From assembly GCA_963783305.1 (NCBI GenBank), contig CAWAMW010000012.1, positions 64,001-128,000 on the forward strand: a stretch of DNA of 64,000 nt. Reading direction: 5' to 3'. The notes under the pieces were generated by a model. It worked only from the letters and a program-made list of their open reading frames with translations, ran no database searches and was not told the origin of the DNA. Position 1 is the first letter of the stretch, and the number at the start of each line of letters is the position of its first letter. This document shows, piece after piece, positions 30,222 through 40,510 of the stretch. The stretch is from an uncultured Gemmatimonadales bacterium (lineage in GTDB: Bacteria > Gemmatimonadota > Gemmatimonadetes > Longimicrobiales > RSA9). Made by a program: the position numbers and the translations under genes.

Positions 30222-32159
30222 ATGCCCCAGGAACTCCCGACCGCGTACCGAACCACCGCCGCGGGCGCCTTGCGCGCCTCCGATACCGGCGAGACCGTCC
30301 GACTGGCGGGGTGGGTGCACCGCCGTCGCGACCTTGGCGGTGTTCTGTTCATCGATCTCCGCGACCGCTCCGGGCTGATCCAGCTGTCGCTGGGGCCGGA
30401 CTGGACGCCCCCGGAGAGCCTGGAGCGCGGGCAGCGGCTGTCCGCCGAGTCGGTGATCGCCGTGGAGGGCGAGGTGGTGGCGCGCCCGGCGGGTCAGGCG
30501 AACGACGATCTGGCCACGGGCGCGGTGGAGGTCCACGTACGGTCGCTGAAGGTGCTGACCCACGCGGAGACCCCGCCGATCCCTGTCTACCAGGTCCCGG
30601 GCGAGGAGCAGCCGTCGGAAGAGCTGCGGCTCCGTTACCGCTACCTGGACCTGCGGCGGGAGCAGCTGCAGCGGGCCATGGGCGTGCGCCATCACGCGGC
30701 CCAGGTGGTGCGCCAGCACCTCACGGGAGAGGGGTTCTGGGAGATGGAGACGCCCATGCTCACCCGTCGCACGCCGGAGGGAGCCCGGGACTACCTGGTG
30801 CCGAGCCGGGTGCATCCGGGCGAGTTCTACGCGCTGCCGCAGAGCCCCCAGATCTACAAGCAGCTGCTCATGGTGAGCGGCTTCGACCGGTACTTCCAGA
30901 TCGCCCGCTGCCTGCGCGATGAGGACCTGCGGGCGGACCGGCAGCCGGAGTTCACGCAGATCGACGCCGAGATGTCGTTCGTCGAGGAGGAGGACGTGTT
31001 CAGGGCGGCCGAGGGAACGATGGGGGCGCTCTGGAACGAGATCCTCGGTGTGGAGCTCGAGACGTGGCCCCGGCTCACGTACGCCGATGCCATGGAGCGA
31101 TACGGGACCGACAAGCCGGACCTCCGCTTCGGCATGGAGTTCGTCGATGTGACCGACGTGCTCCGGGAGACGGAGTTCCGGCTCTTCACCGGGACCCGCG
31201 AGAGCGGCGACCGGATCCGAGGGATCGTGGCGAAGGGCGCCGCGGACCCGCTCTCGCGGAAGGACCTGGACGCGCTGAACGGCGTCGCGCAGGCGGCGGG
31301 CTCGCCCGGCTGCCTCTGGGTGAAACGGACGGACGACGGCTGGAGCGGACAGTTCGCCAAGTTCCTGGATGGCGACCTGGGCGACCGATTCCAGGAGGCG
31401 ACGGGGATCGAGCCGGGCGACCTGTTCGTGGCGGTGATCGGGTCGTTCTGGACGCGGCCGCGCTCGCCCGGCTCCGCCGGGGGCGTGGCTTCCGCCGCGG
31501 AGACCCACGGCGCCGAGCGGGCTCTGGACGCGCTCCGCCGCCACCTGGGCGACGCGCTGGGGCTCCGCGATCCATCGCGTCACGCGTGGGCGTGGGTGAC
31601 GGAGTTCCCCATGTTCGACTGGGACGAGGAGGGCGACCGCCTCGTAGCCGCCCACCACCCGTTCACCATGCCGCACCCCGACGACGCCGCGCTCCTGCTG
31701 GAGGCGGCCGAATCGGCGGGCGGGCCGCTGGGAAACGCGGAGGCGCGAGCTCTCTACGGCGCCTTCATCCGATCCCGAGCGTACGATGCGGTGTATAACG
31801 GTCACGAGATGGCAAGCGGGTCCATCCGGATCCACGACCCGGCGCTCCAGAGGGCGGTCTTCCGCACGCTCGGGATGACCGAGGAGGAGACGCAGTCGAA
31901 GTTCGGCTTTCTCCTCGATGCGTTCCGCTACGGGGTTCCGCCCCATGGCGGCTTCGCCTTCGGCTTCGATCGGCTCGTGATGCTGCTTACGGGGGTCCCG
32001 AGTCTGCGTGATGTCATCGCGTTCCCGAAGACCACGGCGGCGCGGGCGCTGTTCGAAGGCGCGCCGGCGGAGGTCTCGGACTCGGAGCTGCGGGAGCTGC
32101 ATCTGGGGCTCGCTGGCGCTCGTGGAGGCGCGACCCCCGGTCGCGGGGGGGCTCGCTGA
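30222..32159 (+). CDS. aspS: Aspartate--tRNA ligase
   Basis: [64 protein letters not shown]. Confidence 0.97.
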   Translation: MPQELPTAYRTTAAGALRASDTGETVRLAGWVHRRRDLGGVLFIDLRDRSGLIQLSLGPDWTPPESLERGQRLSAESVIAVEGEVVARPAGQANDDLATGAVEVHVRSLKVLTHAETPPIPVYQVPGEEQPSEELRLRYRYLDLRREQLQRAMGVRHHAAQVVRQHLTGEGFWEMETPMLTRRTPEGARDYLVPSRVHPGEFYALPQSPQIYKQLLMVSGFDRYFQIARCLRDEDLRADRQPEFTQIDAEMSFVEEEDVFRAAEGTMGALWNEILGVELETWPRLTYADAMERYGTDKPDLRFGMEFVDVTDVLRETEFRLFTGTRESGDRIRGIVAKGAADPLSRKDLDALNGVAQAAGSPGCLWVKRTDDGWSGQFAKFLDGDLGDRFQEATGIEPGDLFVAVIGSFWTRPRSPGSAGGVASAAETHGAERALDALRRHLGDALGLRDPSRHAWAWVTEFPMFDWDEEGDRLVAAHHPFTMPHPDDAALLLEAAESAGGPLGNAEARALYGAFIRSRAYDAVYNGHEMASGSIRIHDPALQRAVFRTLGMTEEETQSKFGFLLDAFRYGVPPHGGFAFGFDRLVMLLTGVPSLRDVIAFPKTTAARALFEGAPAEVSDSELRELHLGLAGARGGATPGRGGAR

Positions 32160-32262
32160 CGCTCGCGGGGGGCGCCTTCGGCGCGGGGCCTGGAGCGCGG
32201 GATTTCCCTGGTGCGGGGGCTCTTCGCCCGCGCCACTCAACAACTCGTATGGGGTGGGATGA

Positions 32263-33318
32263 ATGACTGAGGAATCGACGATCATCCAGCATCGGCTTCC
32301 CTCGGAGGGGGCGGACTACCTCCTGCTGGCGGGGGTGAACGACGCGCACCTGCAGGAGCTGGCGCACCAGACGGGGTGCCGGGTCATTCTCAGGGGCGAC
32401 TACCTCATCCTGTCGGGGGAGATCGAGGACGTGGAACGGGCGATCCCGGTGGCGCAGCGGCTGATCGACCTTGCGCGGCTGCAGTCGCCGTTCGGGGTGG
32501 AGGACGTGCGCCGACTGGCGGACGAGGCGGGGCTGGAGTCGCTGAAGGCGGAGAGTCTGGACGGCGAGCGAATGGAGGCCGGAGAGGACGGCGGGGCGCT
32601 CAAGCGTGATGACCTGCGGATCCTCCTTCCGGGCCTCAGGAAGGTGATCCAGCCGCGCTCGGAAGGGCAGGCGACCTACCTGGAGGCGATCGCGAAGAAC
32701 GACATCGTGATCGGGATCGGCCCGGCGGGTACGGGGAAGACGTACCTGGCGGTGGCCATGGCGGTGGACGCGCTGCTCAAGAACCGGGTGAAGCGGATCA
32801 TCCTGGCGCGGCCGGCGGTGGAGGCGGGGGAGTCGCTGGGGTTCCTCCCGGGAGACCTCCAGGAGAAGGTGGACCCGTACCTCAGACCGCTCTACGACGC
32901 GCTGGACGACATGCTCCCGAGCGATCGCGTGCGGCGGTATATCGAGAGCCGAACGATCGAGATCGCTCCGCTGGCGTACATGCGGGGGCGGACGCTGTCG
33001 GACGCCTTCGTGATCCTGGACGAAGCGCAGAACGCCACCACGGCGCAGATGAAGATGTTCCTCACGCGTCTCGGGCTGAACAGCCGTACGGTGATCACGG
33101 GGGACAAGACGCAGATCGACCTGGTGCGGCGGAGCGACTCGGGCCTGCTCGAGGTGGAGGACATCCTGAAGGGGATCGAGGGGATCAACTTCACCTACCT
33201 GCAGGCGGCGGATGTGGTGCGGCACCGTCTGGTGAAGGACATCATCGACGCGTACGCGGCGGCCGGTGAGGCGGTCGAGGGTGCGGCGGTCGGTGCGGAG
33301 GATCGGCCGCGGGCATGA
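32263..33318 (+). CDS. phoH: PhoH-family ATPase
   Basis: GPAGTGKTYLA, RPAVEAGESLGFLPG, MRGRTL, DEAQN, VVRHRLV. Confidence 0.94.
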   Translation: MTEESTIIQHRLPSEGADYLLLAGVNDAHLQELAHQTGCRVILRGDYLILSGEIEDVERAIPVAQRLIDLARLQSPFGVEDVRRLADEAGLESLKAESLDGERMEAGEDGGALKRDDLRILLPGLRKVIQPRSEGQATYLEAIAKNDIVIGIGPAGTGKTYLAVAMAVDALLKNRVKRIILARPAVEAGESLGFLPGDLQEKVDPYLRPLYDALDDMLPSDRVRRYIESRTIEIAPLAYMRGRTLSDAFVILDEAQNATTAQMKMFLTRLGLNSRTVITGDKTQIDLVRRSDSGLLEVEDILKGIEGINFTYLQAADVVRHRLVKDIIDAYAAAGEAVEGAAVGAEDRPRA

Positions 33319-35597
33319 ACCGCCGGCAGCTGTTCGGGGCCCTGAACCGGGAGCCGGAGGGGCGCTGGCCCGAGGGCTTCATCCATCACGGTGCGAGGGT
33401 TCTCCTGCTCCTCGTGATGGCGGGCTCGGTGAGCTTCATGTTCCCGGTGAGCCCGCTCTCCGACGCGCCGCCGGTGGAGCGGGGCGGGGTGCTGGAGGAG
33501 GACGTGGTCGCGGACGTGCCGTTCCCGGTGTACAAGAGGCCGGCGGAGCTGGAGCGGGAGCAGCAGGACGCGGCGGCGAGCGTGAACCCCATCTTCGTCT
33601 ACGACTCGACCGCCATCGACTCGATGCTGGCGGACGTCGACCGGTTCTTCGCGCGCGTGGACACGGCGGTGAGCGCGGCGGAGAGCGAGCGAGCGGCGGC
33701 GCTCCGGGTGCGGGACCTGCTGGGTGCGTACGCGCTCCCCTCATCCACGGATGAGATCTCCATCATGCTGGCGCCGCGGAGCCGGGCCATGCTGCGGGGA
33801 ACCGTGCGGGACGTGGTCCTGGACGAGCTGCCCCGGGGGATCGCCCGTCGGGGCGAGCTCGAGGAGGCCGGGCAGGGGCGGCTGCGGCTGGTGGGGATGA
33901 ACGGGGATCGTGTGGTCCCGGCCGACTCGGTGCTCCAGCTCACGAACCTGTACGATCGCTCGCGGCTCCATGTCCCCTCGAATGCCCCCGCGGGGTACGA
34001 GCAGCTTCAGCGACTGATCCTCGTCCGGTTCAACGTGCCGAGCATCCAGCCGGACCGACAGACGACGGAGGTGGCGCGAGAGCTGGCCCGGGCGGCGGTG
34101 GACCCTGTGAAGGCGCGGTTCATGCGCGGCCAGCGGATCGTCCCGGCGCGGGAGCCGGTGACGGAGCAGGACCTGGAGCGGTTCCGCGCGTACCAGCAGG
34201 AGCTGGAGCGGATCGGGCAGGCCGGGGGCGGTCGGAGCGGAAGCCGCGCCATCGGTGGGCTCCTGTTCAACATCATCATCTTCTCTCTGCTGGGCGTGCT
34301 GCTCTACTTCTATCGCCCCAATGTGTACCGGAACCTGCGCCACATCACCGTCCTGGCGGTGCTGGTGCTGGCGCTCACGGGCGCCGCGGCGCTCATCGGA
34401 AACTACGACCTGCCCATCGCCCTGATCCCCATCGCCTTCCCGGCGCTCGTCGTGGCGATCCTCTGGGACGGCCGCCTGGCGCTCAATCTCTCTCTCATCA
34501 TGGCGATCCTGCTCACCGGCCAGACGCCGTTCCTCGGGATCGCGGCGCTGCTCACGCTGGTAACGGCGGGCGCGGTGGCCTCGCTCACGGTTCGGGTGGT
34601 GCGGCGGCGGGCGCAGATCTGGGGCTTCATCGGCCTGATCACGGGCGCCTACGTGATCGTCGCCATCGTACTGGGACTGCTCCGCGGGTGGTCTCCCATG
34701 GAGATGGCCGTGGCGAGCGGGTGGGGGGGCGTGGCCGCCGTGGCCAGCGCCTTCGCCGCCATGGGGTTCCTCCCACTCTTCGAGGGGTTCACCAAGATCA
34801 CGACGGACCAGACGCTCCTGGAGCTCGCGGACGTCAACCGCCCGCTGCTGCGCCGGCTGTCCATGGAGGCGCCGGGGACGTATGCCCACTCCATCAGCGT
34901 GGCGAACCTGGCGGAGGCGGCGGCCGGCGCCATCGACGCCGATGCGCTCCTGACCCGTGTGGGAGTGTACTACCACGATGTAGGGAAGATGGAGCGGCCG
35001 CACTACTTCATCGAGAACCAGCCCAGCGGCCGGAACCCCCACGACAAGCTGAAGCCGGCCACGTCGGCGCAGGTGATCCGGAACCACGTGATCGAAGGCC
35101 TCCGGATGGCTGACGACGCCAAGCTCCCGGACTCCGTCAAGGCGTTCGTGGCCGAGCACCACGGCACGCAGTCCATCAGCTTCTTCTACGACCGCGCACG
35201 GGAGGCCGACCCGGACGCGGAACTGGACCCGAAGGACTTCTGCTATCCGGGTCCCCGCCCCCAGAGCCGCGAGACGGCCATCCTCATGCTCGCCGACTCC
35301 GTGGAGTCCGCCGCCCGCGTGTTGCCGGACCCCACGCCCGAGTCGATCCGCGAGCTGGTGGACCGGATCGTCCGCGGGAAGATGGACGCCGGTCAGCTGG
35401 ACGAGACGCCGCTCACACTCGGCGAGCTGACGCGGATCAAGGAGCAGTTCGCCAGCGTGCTCACGGGCATGTACCACCAGCGGATCGACTATCCGCCCGC
35501 CCGCGGCGGCGCGCCGCCGGCCGGGCCCGCGACGCCGGGCACCGACCAGAGCCCCGACACGGCGGAGGCGGTGGAGAAGACGGTGGGGGCTGGGTGA
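33315..35597 (+). CDS. 7TM-HD phosphohydrolase (PgpH/YqfF-like, c-di-AMP phosphodiesterase family)
   Basis: Extracytoplasmic domain, several TM helices, EAPGTYAHS, YYHDVGK, FIENQ, HHGT, YPGPRPQSRE, MLADSVE; phoH-ybeY context. Confidence 0.9.
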   Translation: MNRRQLFGALNREPEGRWPEGFIHHGARVLLLLVMAGSVSFMFPVSPLSDAPPVERGGVLEEDVVADVPFPVYKRPAELEREQQDAAASVNPIFVYDSTAIDSMLADVDRFFARVDTAVSAAESERAAALRVRDLLGAYALPSSTDEISIMLAPRSRAMLRGTVRDVVLDELPRGIARRGELEEAGQGRLRLVGMNGDRVVPADSVLQLTNLYDRSRLHVPSNAPAGYEQLQRLILVRFNVPSIQPDRQTTEVARELARAAVDPVKARFMRGQRIVPAREPVTEQDLERFRAYQQELERIGQAGGGRSGSRAIGGLLFNIIIFSLLGVLLYFYRPNVYRNLRHITVLAVLVLALTGAAALIGNYDLPIALIPIAFPALVVAILWDGRLALNLSLIMAILLTGQTPFLGIAALLTLVTAGAVASLTVRVVRRRAQIWGFIGLITGAYVIVAIVLGLLRGWSPMEMAVASGWGGVAAVASAFAAMGFLPLFEGFTKITTDQTLLELADVNRPLLRRLSMEAPGTYAHSISVANLAEAAAGAIDADALLTRVGVYYHDVGKMERPHYFIENQPSGRNPHDKLKPATSAQVIRNHVIEGLRMADDAKLPDSVKAFVAEHHGTQSISFFYDRAREADPDAELDPKDFCYPGPRPQSRETAILMLADSVESAARVLPDPTPESIRELVDRIVRGKMDAGQLDETPLTLGELTRIKEQFASVLTGMYHQRIDYPPARGGAPPAGPATPGTDQSPDTAEAVEKTVGAG

Positions 35598-36082
35598 TGG
35601 CGGTGGATATCCAGGTGACACGCCCGGCGGAAGGCTTCAGCCCGGCGCCGGCTGACGCTGGCGGGATGGAGGGGGTGGAGGGGGTGGAGGGGGTGGAGGT
35701 GGTAAAGCGGGCGGCCCGGGCCGCACTGGCCGACCGGGGTGTGGAGGAGGGGGAGCTGTCGATAACGCTCCTGGATGACGCGGCCATGGGGGCCATGAAC
35801 CGCCAGTGGAAGGGGCGGGACGGGGCGACGGACGTGCTGGCGTTCGCGCTCCACGAGAAGGGGGCGGTCCTGATGGGCGACGTGTACGTAGGGGTGGAGC
35901 GGGCCGCGGCGCAGGCGGCCGAGCTGGGGGAGCCGGTATCGCGGGAGCTGGCCCGGCTGGCGATCCACGGGACGCTGCATGTCCTCGGCTGGGATCACCC
36001 GGAGGAGGCGCGGGAGGACAGCGAGATGTGGCGCCACCAGGAGCGGATCCTCGCGGCGCTGTCGCCGGTGGGGTCGGAATGA
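35597..36082 (+). CDS. ybeY: rRNA maturation endoribonuclease YbeY
   Basis: ATDVLAF, MGDVY, IHGTLHVLGWDH metal-binding motif. Confidence 0.92.
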   Translation: MAVDIQVTRPAEGFSPAPADAGGMEGVEGVEGVEVVKRAARAALADRGVEEGELSITLLDDAAMGAMNRQWKGRDGATDVLAFALHEKGAVLMGDVYVGVERAAAQAAELGEPVSRELARLAIHGTLHVLGWDHPEEAREDSEMWRHQERILAALSPVGSE

Positions 36083-36729
36083 CGCCCCTCGGTCGGCTGC
36101 TTCGACGTCGTCTGATTGCCGGTCTCATCGTCATCGCGCCCGTGGGCGTGACGCTCTACATCCTGTACTGGCTCTTCCGCACCGTCGATGGGATCCTCGG
36201 CAACTTCCTCTACAACGTCATCGGCTTCCCCATCCCCGGTCTGGGGCTGCTGCTCCTCGTGGCGCTGCTCCTTGGCGTCGGGTGGTTGGCCGAGGAGACG
36301 CTCGGAGGTCAGATCGCGGCCTTCTGGAACCGGTACCTCGACCGGATCCCGCTGGTGAGCCGGCTCTACGGCGCCACCCGCCGGATCGTCGGGAGCGTGT
36401 TCGGCGGAGAGGAGAAGCGCTTCTTCAAGTCGGTGGTCCTGTTCCAGTACCCGGCGCGCGGTCAGTGGACGCTGGGCTTCGAGACCGGTCGGGCCCCCCG
36501 GGCCCTGGACGACCGGGTCGAGAACGGCATCACCATCTTCCTGCCCACCGCCCCGAACCCCGTGACCGGGTTCCTGATCATCGTGGCGGAGGCGGAGGTG
36601 ATCCGTCTGCCGGTGACGGTGGAGGAGGGGTTCACCTACATCCTTTCCGCCGGCGCAGTGCCGCCCAGGGGTCGGTATCACAGGGAGCCCGCGGCCCCCG
36701 CGGGGTCCGGGTCCAGCGAGGGCGCATGA
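36079..36729 (+). CDS. DUF502 membrane protein
   Basis: LIAGLIVIAPVGVT, IPLVSRLY, FLPTAPNPVTGFL. Confidence 0.87.
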   Translation: MTPLGRLLRRRLIAGLIVIAPVGVTLYILYWLFRTVDGILGNFLYNVIGFPIPGLGLLLLVALLLGVGWLAEETLGGQIAAFWNRYLDRIPLVSRLYGATRRIVGSVFGGEEKRFFKSVVLFQYPARGQWTLGFETGRAPRALDDRVENGITIFLPTAPNPVTGFLIIVAEAEVIRLPVTVEEGFTYILSAGAVPPRGRYHREPAAPAGSGSSEGA

Positions 36730-38132
36730 ACAGTTCCGAGGTCCAGGAGCTCGACGATTTCCAGCGGCGGCTGGAGCGGGTGGAGGCGCTGCTGGCATCC
36801 GGCGACGACCGCGCGCTCCACCACATGCTGGAGGACCTGCACCCCAGCGACATCGCCGACCTGATCGAGCAGTTCGAGGACGAGACCGACCAGGTCCGGA
36901 TCCTCGACCTGCTGCCCGCCGAGCTGGCCTCCGAGACGCTGGCGGAGATGGAGGCGCACCAGCACCCCGAGGACATCCTCGTGGCGATGGACCCCGACCG
37001 CATCGGCGCGCTGCTCGACGAGCTCAGCAGCGATGACGCGGCGGACATCATCGGGGAAATGGACCCCGAGGACCAGGCGCGCGTGCTGGCTACGCTGACG
37101 CCCGTGGATGCCGGCGAGCTGCGCGAGCTGCTGGCCTATCCGGAAGAGTCGGCCGGCGGGATCATGACCACCGAGCTGGTGGCGCTCTCCATCCACCTCA
37201 CCGCGGGCGAGGCCATCGAGGAAGTGCGCCGTCAGGCCCAGGAGCTTGGCGGCGACTTCTACAACATCTTCGTGGTGGACCTGAAGCGCCGGCTCCAGGG
37301 GCAGGTGGGGATCCAGGAGCTCGTGCTGGCGAACCCGGCGCAGAAGATCACGGACCTGGTGGAGCCGCCGGTGGTGACGATCCCGGTCAGCATGGACCAG
37401 GAGGAAGTCGGCCGGCTGATCAGCCGCTACAACGAGCCGTCGGTCCCGGTGGTAGGCCCCAACAACGTGCTCGTGGGCCGGATCACGTTCGATGACGTCA
37501 TGGACGTGATCGAGGCGGAGCAGACGGAGGACCTCCTGCGCCTGGCGGGTATCGGCGGCGAGGAGGAGGTGCAGGGCGAGTGGACGGAGGCGGTGCGGAG
37601 CCGGCTCCCGTGGCTGGTTCTGAACACCGTCACCGCATCGCTCGGCGCGGCCGTGGTGCTCCTGTTCGAGGACACCATCGCCGCCATGGCCGTGCTGGCG
37701 GGGATCATGCCCGTGATCGCCGGGCTCGGAGGGAACGCGGGCACGCAGTCGCTGGCGGTGACGGTGCGCCGGCTGGCGATCACCCGCGAGGACGCCGCGC
37801 GCCGGTGGCGAGTGGCGGCGAAGGAGCTGCTGGTGGGCCTGGTGAACGGGGTCGTGCTGGGGCTGATCGTGGGCATAGCCGCTCACGTGCTCTTCAACGT
37901 GGTCGGTGTGGGCAGCCAGACCACACAGCCCGGCTTCATGCTGGGCGTCGTGGTCATGATCGCCATGTGGGGCAACCTCATTGTCGCCTCGTTCGCCGGC
38001 GCGTTCGTCCCCGTCCTCCTCGAGCGGATCGGCGTCGACCCCGCGGTCGCGTCCTCCGTGTTCGTCACGGCCACCACGGACATCACCGGCTTCCTGCTCC
38101 TCCTCGGCCTGGCGACGTTGCTCCTGCTATGA
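36726..38132 (+). CDS. mgtE: Magnesium transporter MgtE
   Basis: HPSDIAD, YPEESAGGIMT, CBS pair, RLPWL, GGNAGTQ, DPAVAS..TATTD. Confidence 0.95.
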   Translation: MNSSEVQELDDFQRRLERVEALLASGDDRALHHMLEDLHPSDIADLIEQFEDETDQVRILDLLPAELASETLAEMEAHQHPEDILVAMDPDRIGALLDELSSDDAADIIGEMDPEDQARVLATLTPVDAGELRELLAYPEESAGGIMTTELVALSIHLTAGEAIEEVRRQAQELGGDFYNIFVVDLKRRLQGQVGIQELVLANPAQKITDLVEPPVVTIPVSMDQEEVGRLISRYNEPSVPVVGPNNVLVGRITFDDVMDVIEAEQTEDLLRLAGIGGEEEVQGEWTEAVRSRLPWLVLNTVTASLGAAVVLLFEDTIAAMAVLAGIMPVIAGLGGNAGTQSLAVTVRRLAITREDAARRWRVAAKELLVGLVNGVVLGLIVGIAAHVLFNVVGVGSQTTQPGFMLGVVVMIAMWGNLIVASFAGAFVPVLLERIGVDPAVASSVFVTATTDITGFLLLLGLATLLLL

Positions 38133-39808
38133 AGCGCTGGGGCCGCAGTCTGACGATCGCACTGCGGCTGGTGCCATTCCTCATCGCGTTCCTCCGTGAC
38201 CGCCGCCGGTTCCTGTTCTTCGGCCGGCCGCGGCGGATCGGACACGACCGCCACGTGCGGCGGGCGGAGCGACTGACGGCCACCATCGCGCAGCTCGGGC
38301 CCACGTTCATCAAGCTGGCGCAGGTGTTCGGCTCCCGGGCGGACATCCTGCCCGAGCCGTATCTGAGTGCCATCTCCAGTCTCCAGGACCGGTGCCCGGC
38401 CGATCCCCCCGATGAGATCGAGGGAGTGATCGCCGACGAGATGGGCCGGCCGGCCGGCGAGCTGTTCGAGTCGTTCGATCGCGAGCCCGTGGCCGCCGCG
38501 AGCCTCGGCCAGGTCCACCGGGCACGGCTGGCGGGGCGGGACGTGGCGGTCAAGGTGCTTCGGCCCGGCGTGGAGCGCCTGATCGAGCTCGACCTGGAGA
38601 TCTCGTTCCGGATCCTCTTCTTCCTGAACGTGCTCTTCCGCAACCACCACGTGAAGGCGCTCACGAACGTGGTGCGGGAGTTCAGCGTTCGCGTGCGTGT
38701 GGAGATGGACTTCCGGGAGGAGGCGCGCCACATGGCGCTCTTCCAGACCCACTTCGGCGACGACCCGCGTGTGGTGGCGCCGGAGGCGGTGGAGGGGATG
38801 GTCCGACGCCGGGTCCTCGTCATGGAGTGGATCGATGGCGACCGCGTGGACACGCTGGGTCCGCGGTTCGCCGCCAGCGAGCTCCGGTTCCGCGACCTCA
38901 TGGAGACGCTGACGGAGATCTACGTCCGGATGCTGCTCGTCGAGGGCATCCTCCACGCCGATCCCCACCCCGGCAACATCCTCGTGGACCGGCAGGGCCG
39001 CGTCGTTTTCCTCGACTGGGGGATGGTGGTCCAGCTCCGACCCGCCACCCGCGAGCACATCATCCGCATCGGCCTCGCCGCCGCCCGCGAGGATGTGGAC
39101 GGCATCATCAACGGCATGTACGAGCTCGGCATGATCGACCCGGACATCTCCCGGGCCGAGATCCGCGACGCCGCCGTGGAGATCCTGTCCATCATCGACC
39201 GCGCCCGGGAACTCGGACAGCAGCGTGTTCAGGACATGGTCGCCGAGATCATGGACACCTTCTACACCTGGCCGCTCATGCTCCCCCGCGAGCTCGTCTA
39301 CTTCTTCCGCGCGGCGGCGCTCCTCGAGGGGATCGGGTTCCGCTACGACAGCGCGTTCAACGGCCTGGAGGTGGCCCGCACCGTGGTCGGCCGCATGCGC
39401 TCCGAGCTGCTTCGCGCCACCGCGCGCGAGGCCAGCAATGTGGCCCGCAGTATCTGGGACGACGCCCGGAGCGCCATCACCGGCGTTCGCGACCTCATCC
39501 GCCGCGCCGACCGCGAGGAGCTCCGCGTTCGCGTCCACCCCCGGGACGTCATCCACATCGAACGGTTCTTCTCGCTCCAGATCCGGCGCATCCAGCTGTC
39601 GCTCTTTGCCGCCACCATGGCGCTCATTACCGCCGTCGTCTATCTGGCCTTTCCCGCGTGGTGGGTGCTGCTCGGCGGCTTCGTGGGCGCGCTCCTCCTC
39701 TTCGGCTTCGCCTTTATCATCCCCACCCACCTGCTCGAGAACCCCATGCGACACGCGCGCGGCGCCGGCGGCAGCGGACCGCAATCGCTGAGAAGCGACG
39801 GGGAGTAG
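38129..39808 (+). CDS. ABC1/UbiB/AarF atypical kinase family protein
   Basis: LGPTFIKLAQ, AAASLGQVH, VAVKV, HADPHPGN, LDWGMV; C-terminal TM segments. Confidence 0.93.
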   Translation: MKRWGRSLTIALRLVPFLIAFLRDRRRFLFFGRPRRIGHDRHVRRAERLTATIAQLGPTFIKLAQVFGSRADILPEPYLSAISSLQDRCPADPPDEIEGVIADEMGRPAGELFESFDREPVAAASLGQVHRARLAGRDVAVKVLRPGVERLIELDLEISFRILFFLNVLFRNHHVKALTNVVREFSVRVRVEMDFREEARHMALFQTHFGDDPRVVAPEAVEGMVRRRVLVMEWIDGDRVDTLGPRFAASELRFRDLMETLTEIYVRMLLVEGILHADPHPGNILVDRQGRVVFLDWGMVVQLRPATREHIIRIGLAAAREDVDGIINGMYELGMIDPDISRAEIRDAAVEILSIIDRARELGQQRVQDMVAEIMDTFYTWPLMLPRELVYFFRAAALLEGIGFRYDSAFNGLEVARTVVGRMRSELLRATAREASNVARSIWDDARSAITGVRDLIRRADREELRVRVHPRDVIHIERFFSLQIRRIQLSLFAATMALITAVVYLAFPAWWVLLGGFVGALLLFGFAFIIPTHLLENPMRHARGAGGSGPQSLRSDGE

Positions 39809-39950
39809 GAGTAGGAGTAGGAGTAGGTACTCCGGCCATCCGCATGACGCTCTCCTCCCAACCCCCGACTCTAACTCCTGCCTCTACTCCTGCCTCCTAC
39901 TCCTGCCTCTTACTCCTGCCTCCTACTCCTGCCTCCTACTCCTGCCTCCT
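39802..39950. repeat. Left flank arrays: (GGAGTA)4 GG TACTCC, spacer, then about 6 copies of CTACTCCTGCCTC
   Basis: Hexamers at 39802-39825; 13-mers (hexamer + heptamer) at 39871-39948, two of them imperfect. Confidence 0.95.
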
Positions 39951-40319
39951 TCGGCTTCGAACGGATCGAGACAGGCCGATCAACATACGGGTGATCGATT
40001 CCAGCATGGCCCGGATCTCTGCTCGCAGTTCGGAATCTCCGACTCCGAGGCGATCGGCGATGTCGAGGACGGCGGCGCATTCATTCGCGGATCCCGTGGC
40101 GATCACGAAAAATTGCGCCTTATCCAGGGGTCGAAAGCGGCCATTGCCTTCGGCGATGTTCAGCACGATCAATGTCGCGGCCTTGTGGATCTGCCAGCCG
40201 AGGTGGCGCCGCACTCCGGTGAACGCGGGCGCCAGTCGGTCCACCAGATCGACAACGTCCAGGGCGGACCGGTAGACCTCTAGCCGCTCGTGATCAAGAA
40301 CCACCTTCCGTGTCACCAT
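39936..40319 (-). CDS. Four-helix-bundle protein (23S rRNA IVS protein / Avd-like fold family)
   Basis: HERLEVY, QIHKAATLIVLNIAEGNGR, FFVIATGSANECAAVLDIA, RMLIGL match the family pattern Q..RAA.SI..NIAEG.GR...ARGS..E. Confidence 0.88.
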   Translation of the reverse strand: MVTRKVVLDHERLEVYRSALDVVDLVDRLAPAFTGVRRHLGWQIHKAATLIVLNIAEGNGRFRPLDKAQFFVIATGSANECAAVLDIADRLGVGDSELRAEIRAMLESITRMLIGLSRSVRSRRRQE

Positions 40320-40367
40320 ATCGCAGGGTTGGACGCGCTGTGGGGCAGGGCGATAGTGGGATCGGAC

Positions 40368-40475
40368 GGAGTAGGAGTAGGAGTAGGAGTAGGAGTAGGA
40401 GTAGGAGTCCTACTCCTGCCTCCTGCCTCCTGCCTCCTGCCTCCTGCCTCCTGCCTCCTGCCTCCTACTCTTACT
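40368..40475. repeat. Right flank arrays: (GGAGTA)6 GGAGT CC TACTCC (TGCCTCC)7 TACTCT TACTT
   Basis: Hexamers at 40368-40403; heptamers at 40417-40465. Confidence 0.96.
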
Positions 40476-40510
40476 TGCGGCCACCTCCCGGCTTTCCGAC
40501 TTTCCCGCGC

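Noticed and set aside
39802..40475. CRISPR array or diversity-generating retroelement
   Set aside because: Repeats are contiguous 6/7/13-mers without unique spacers. There are no cas genes, no reverse transcriptase and no TR/VR pair in the window.
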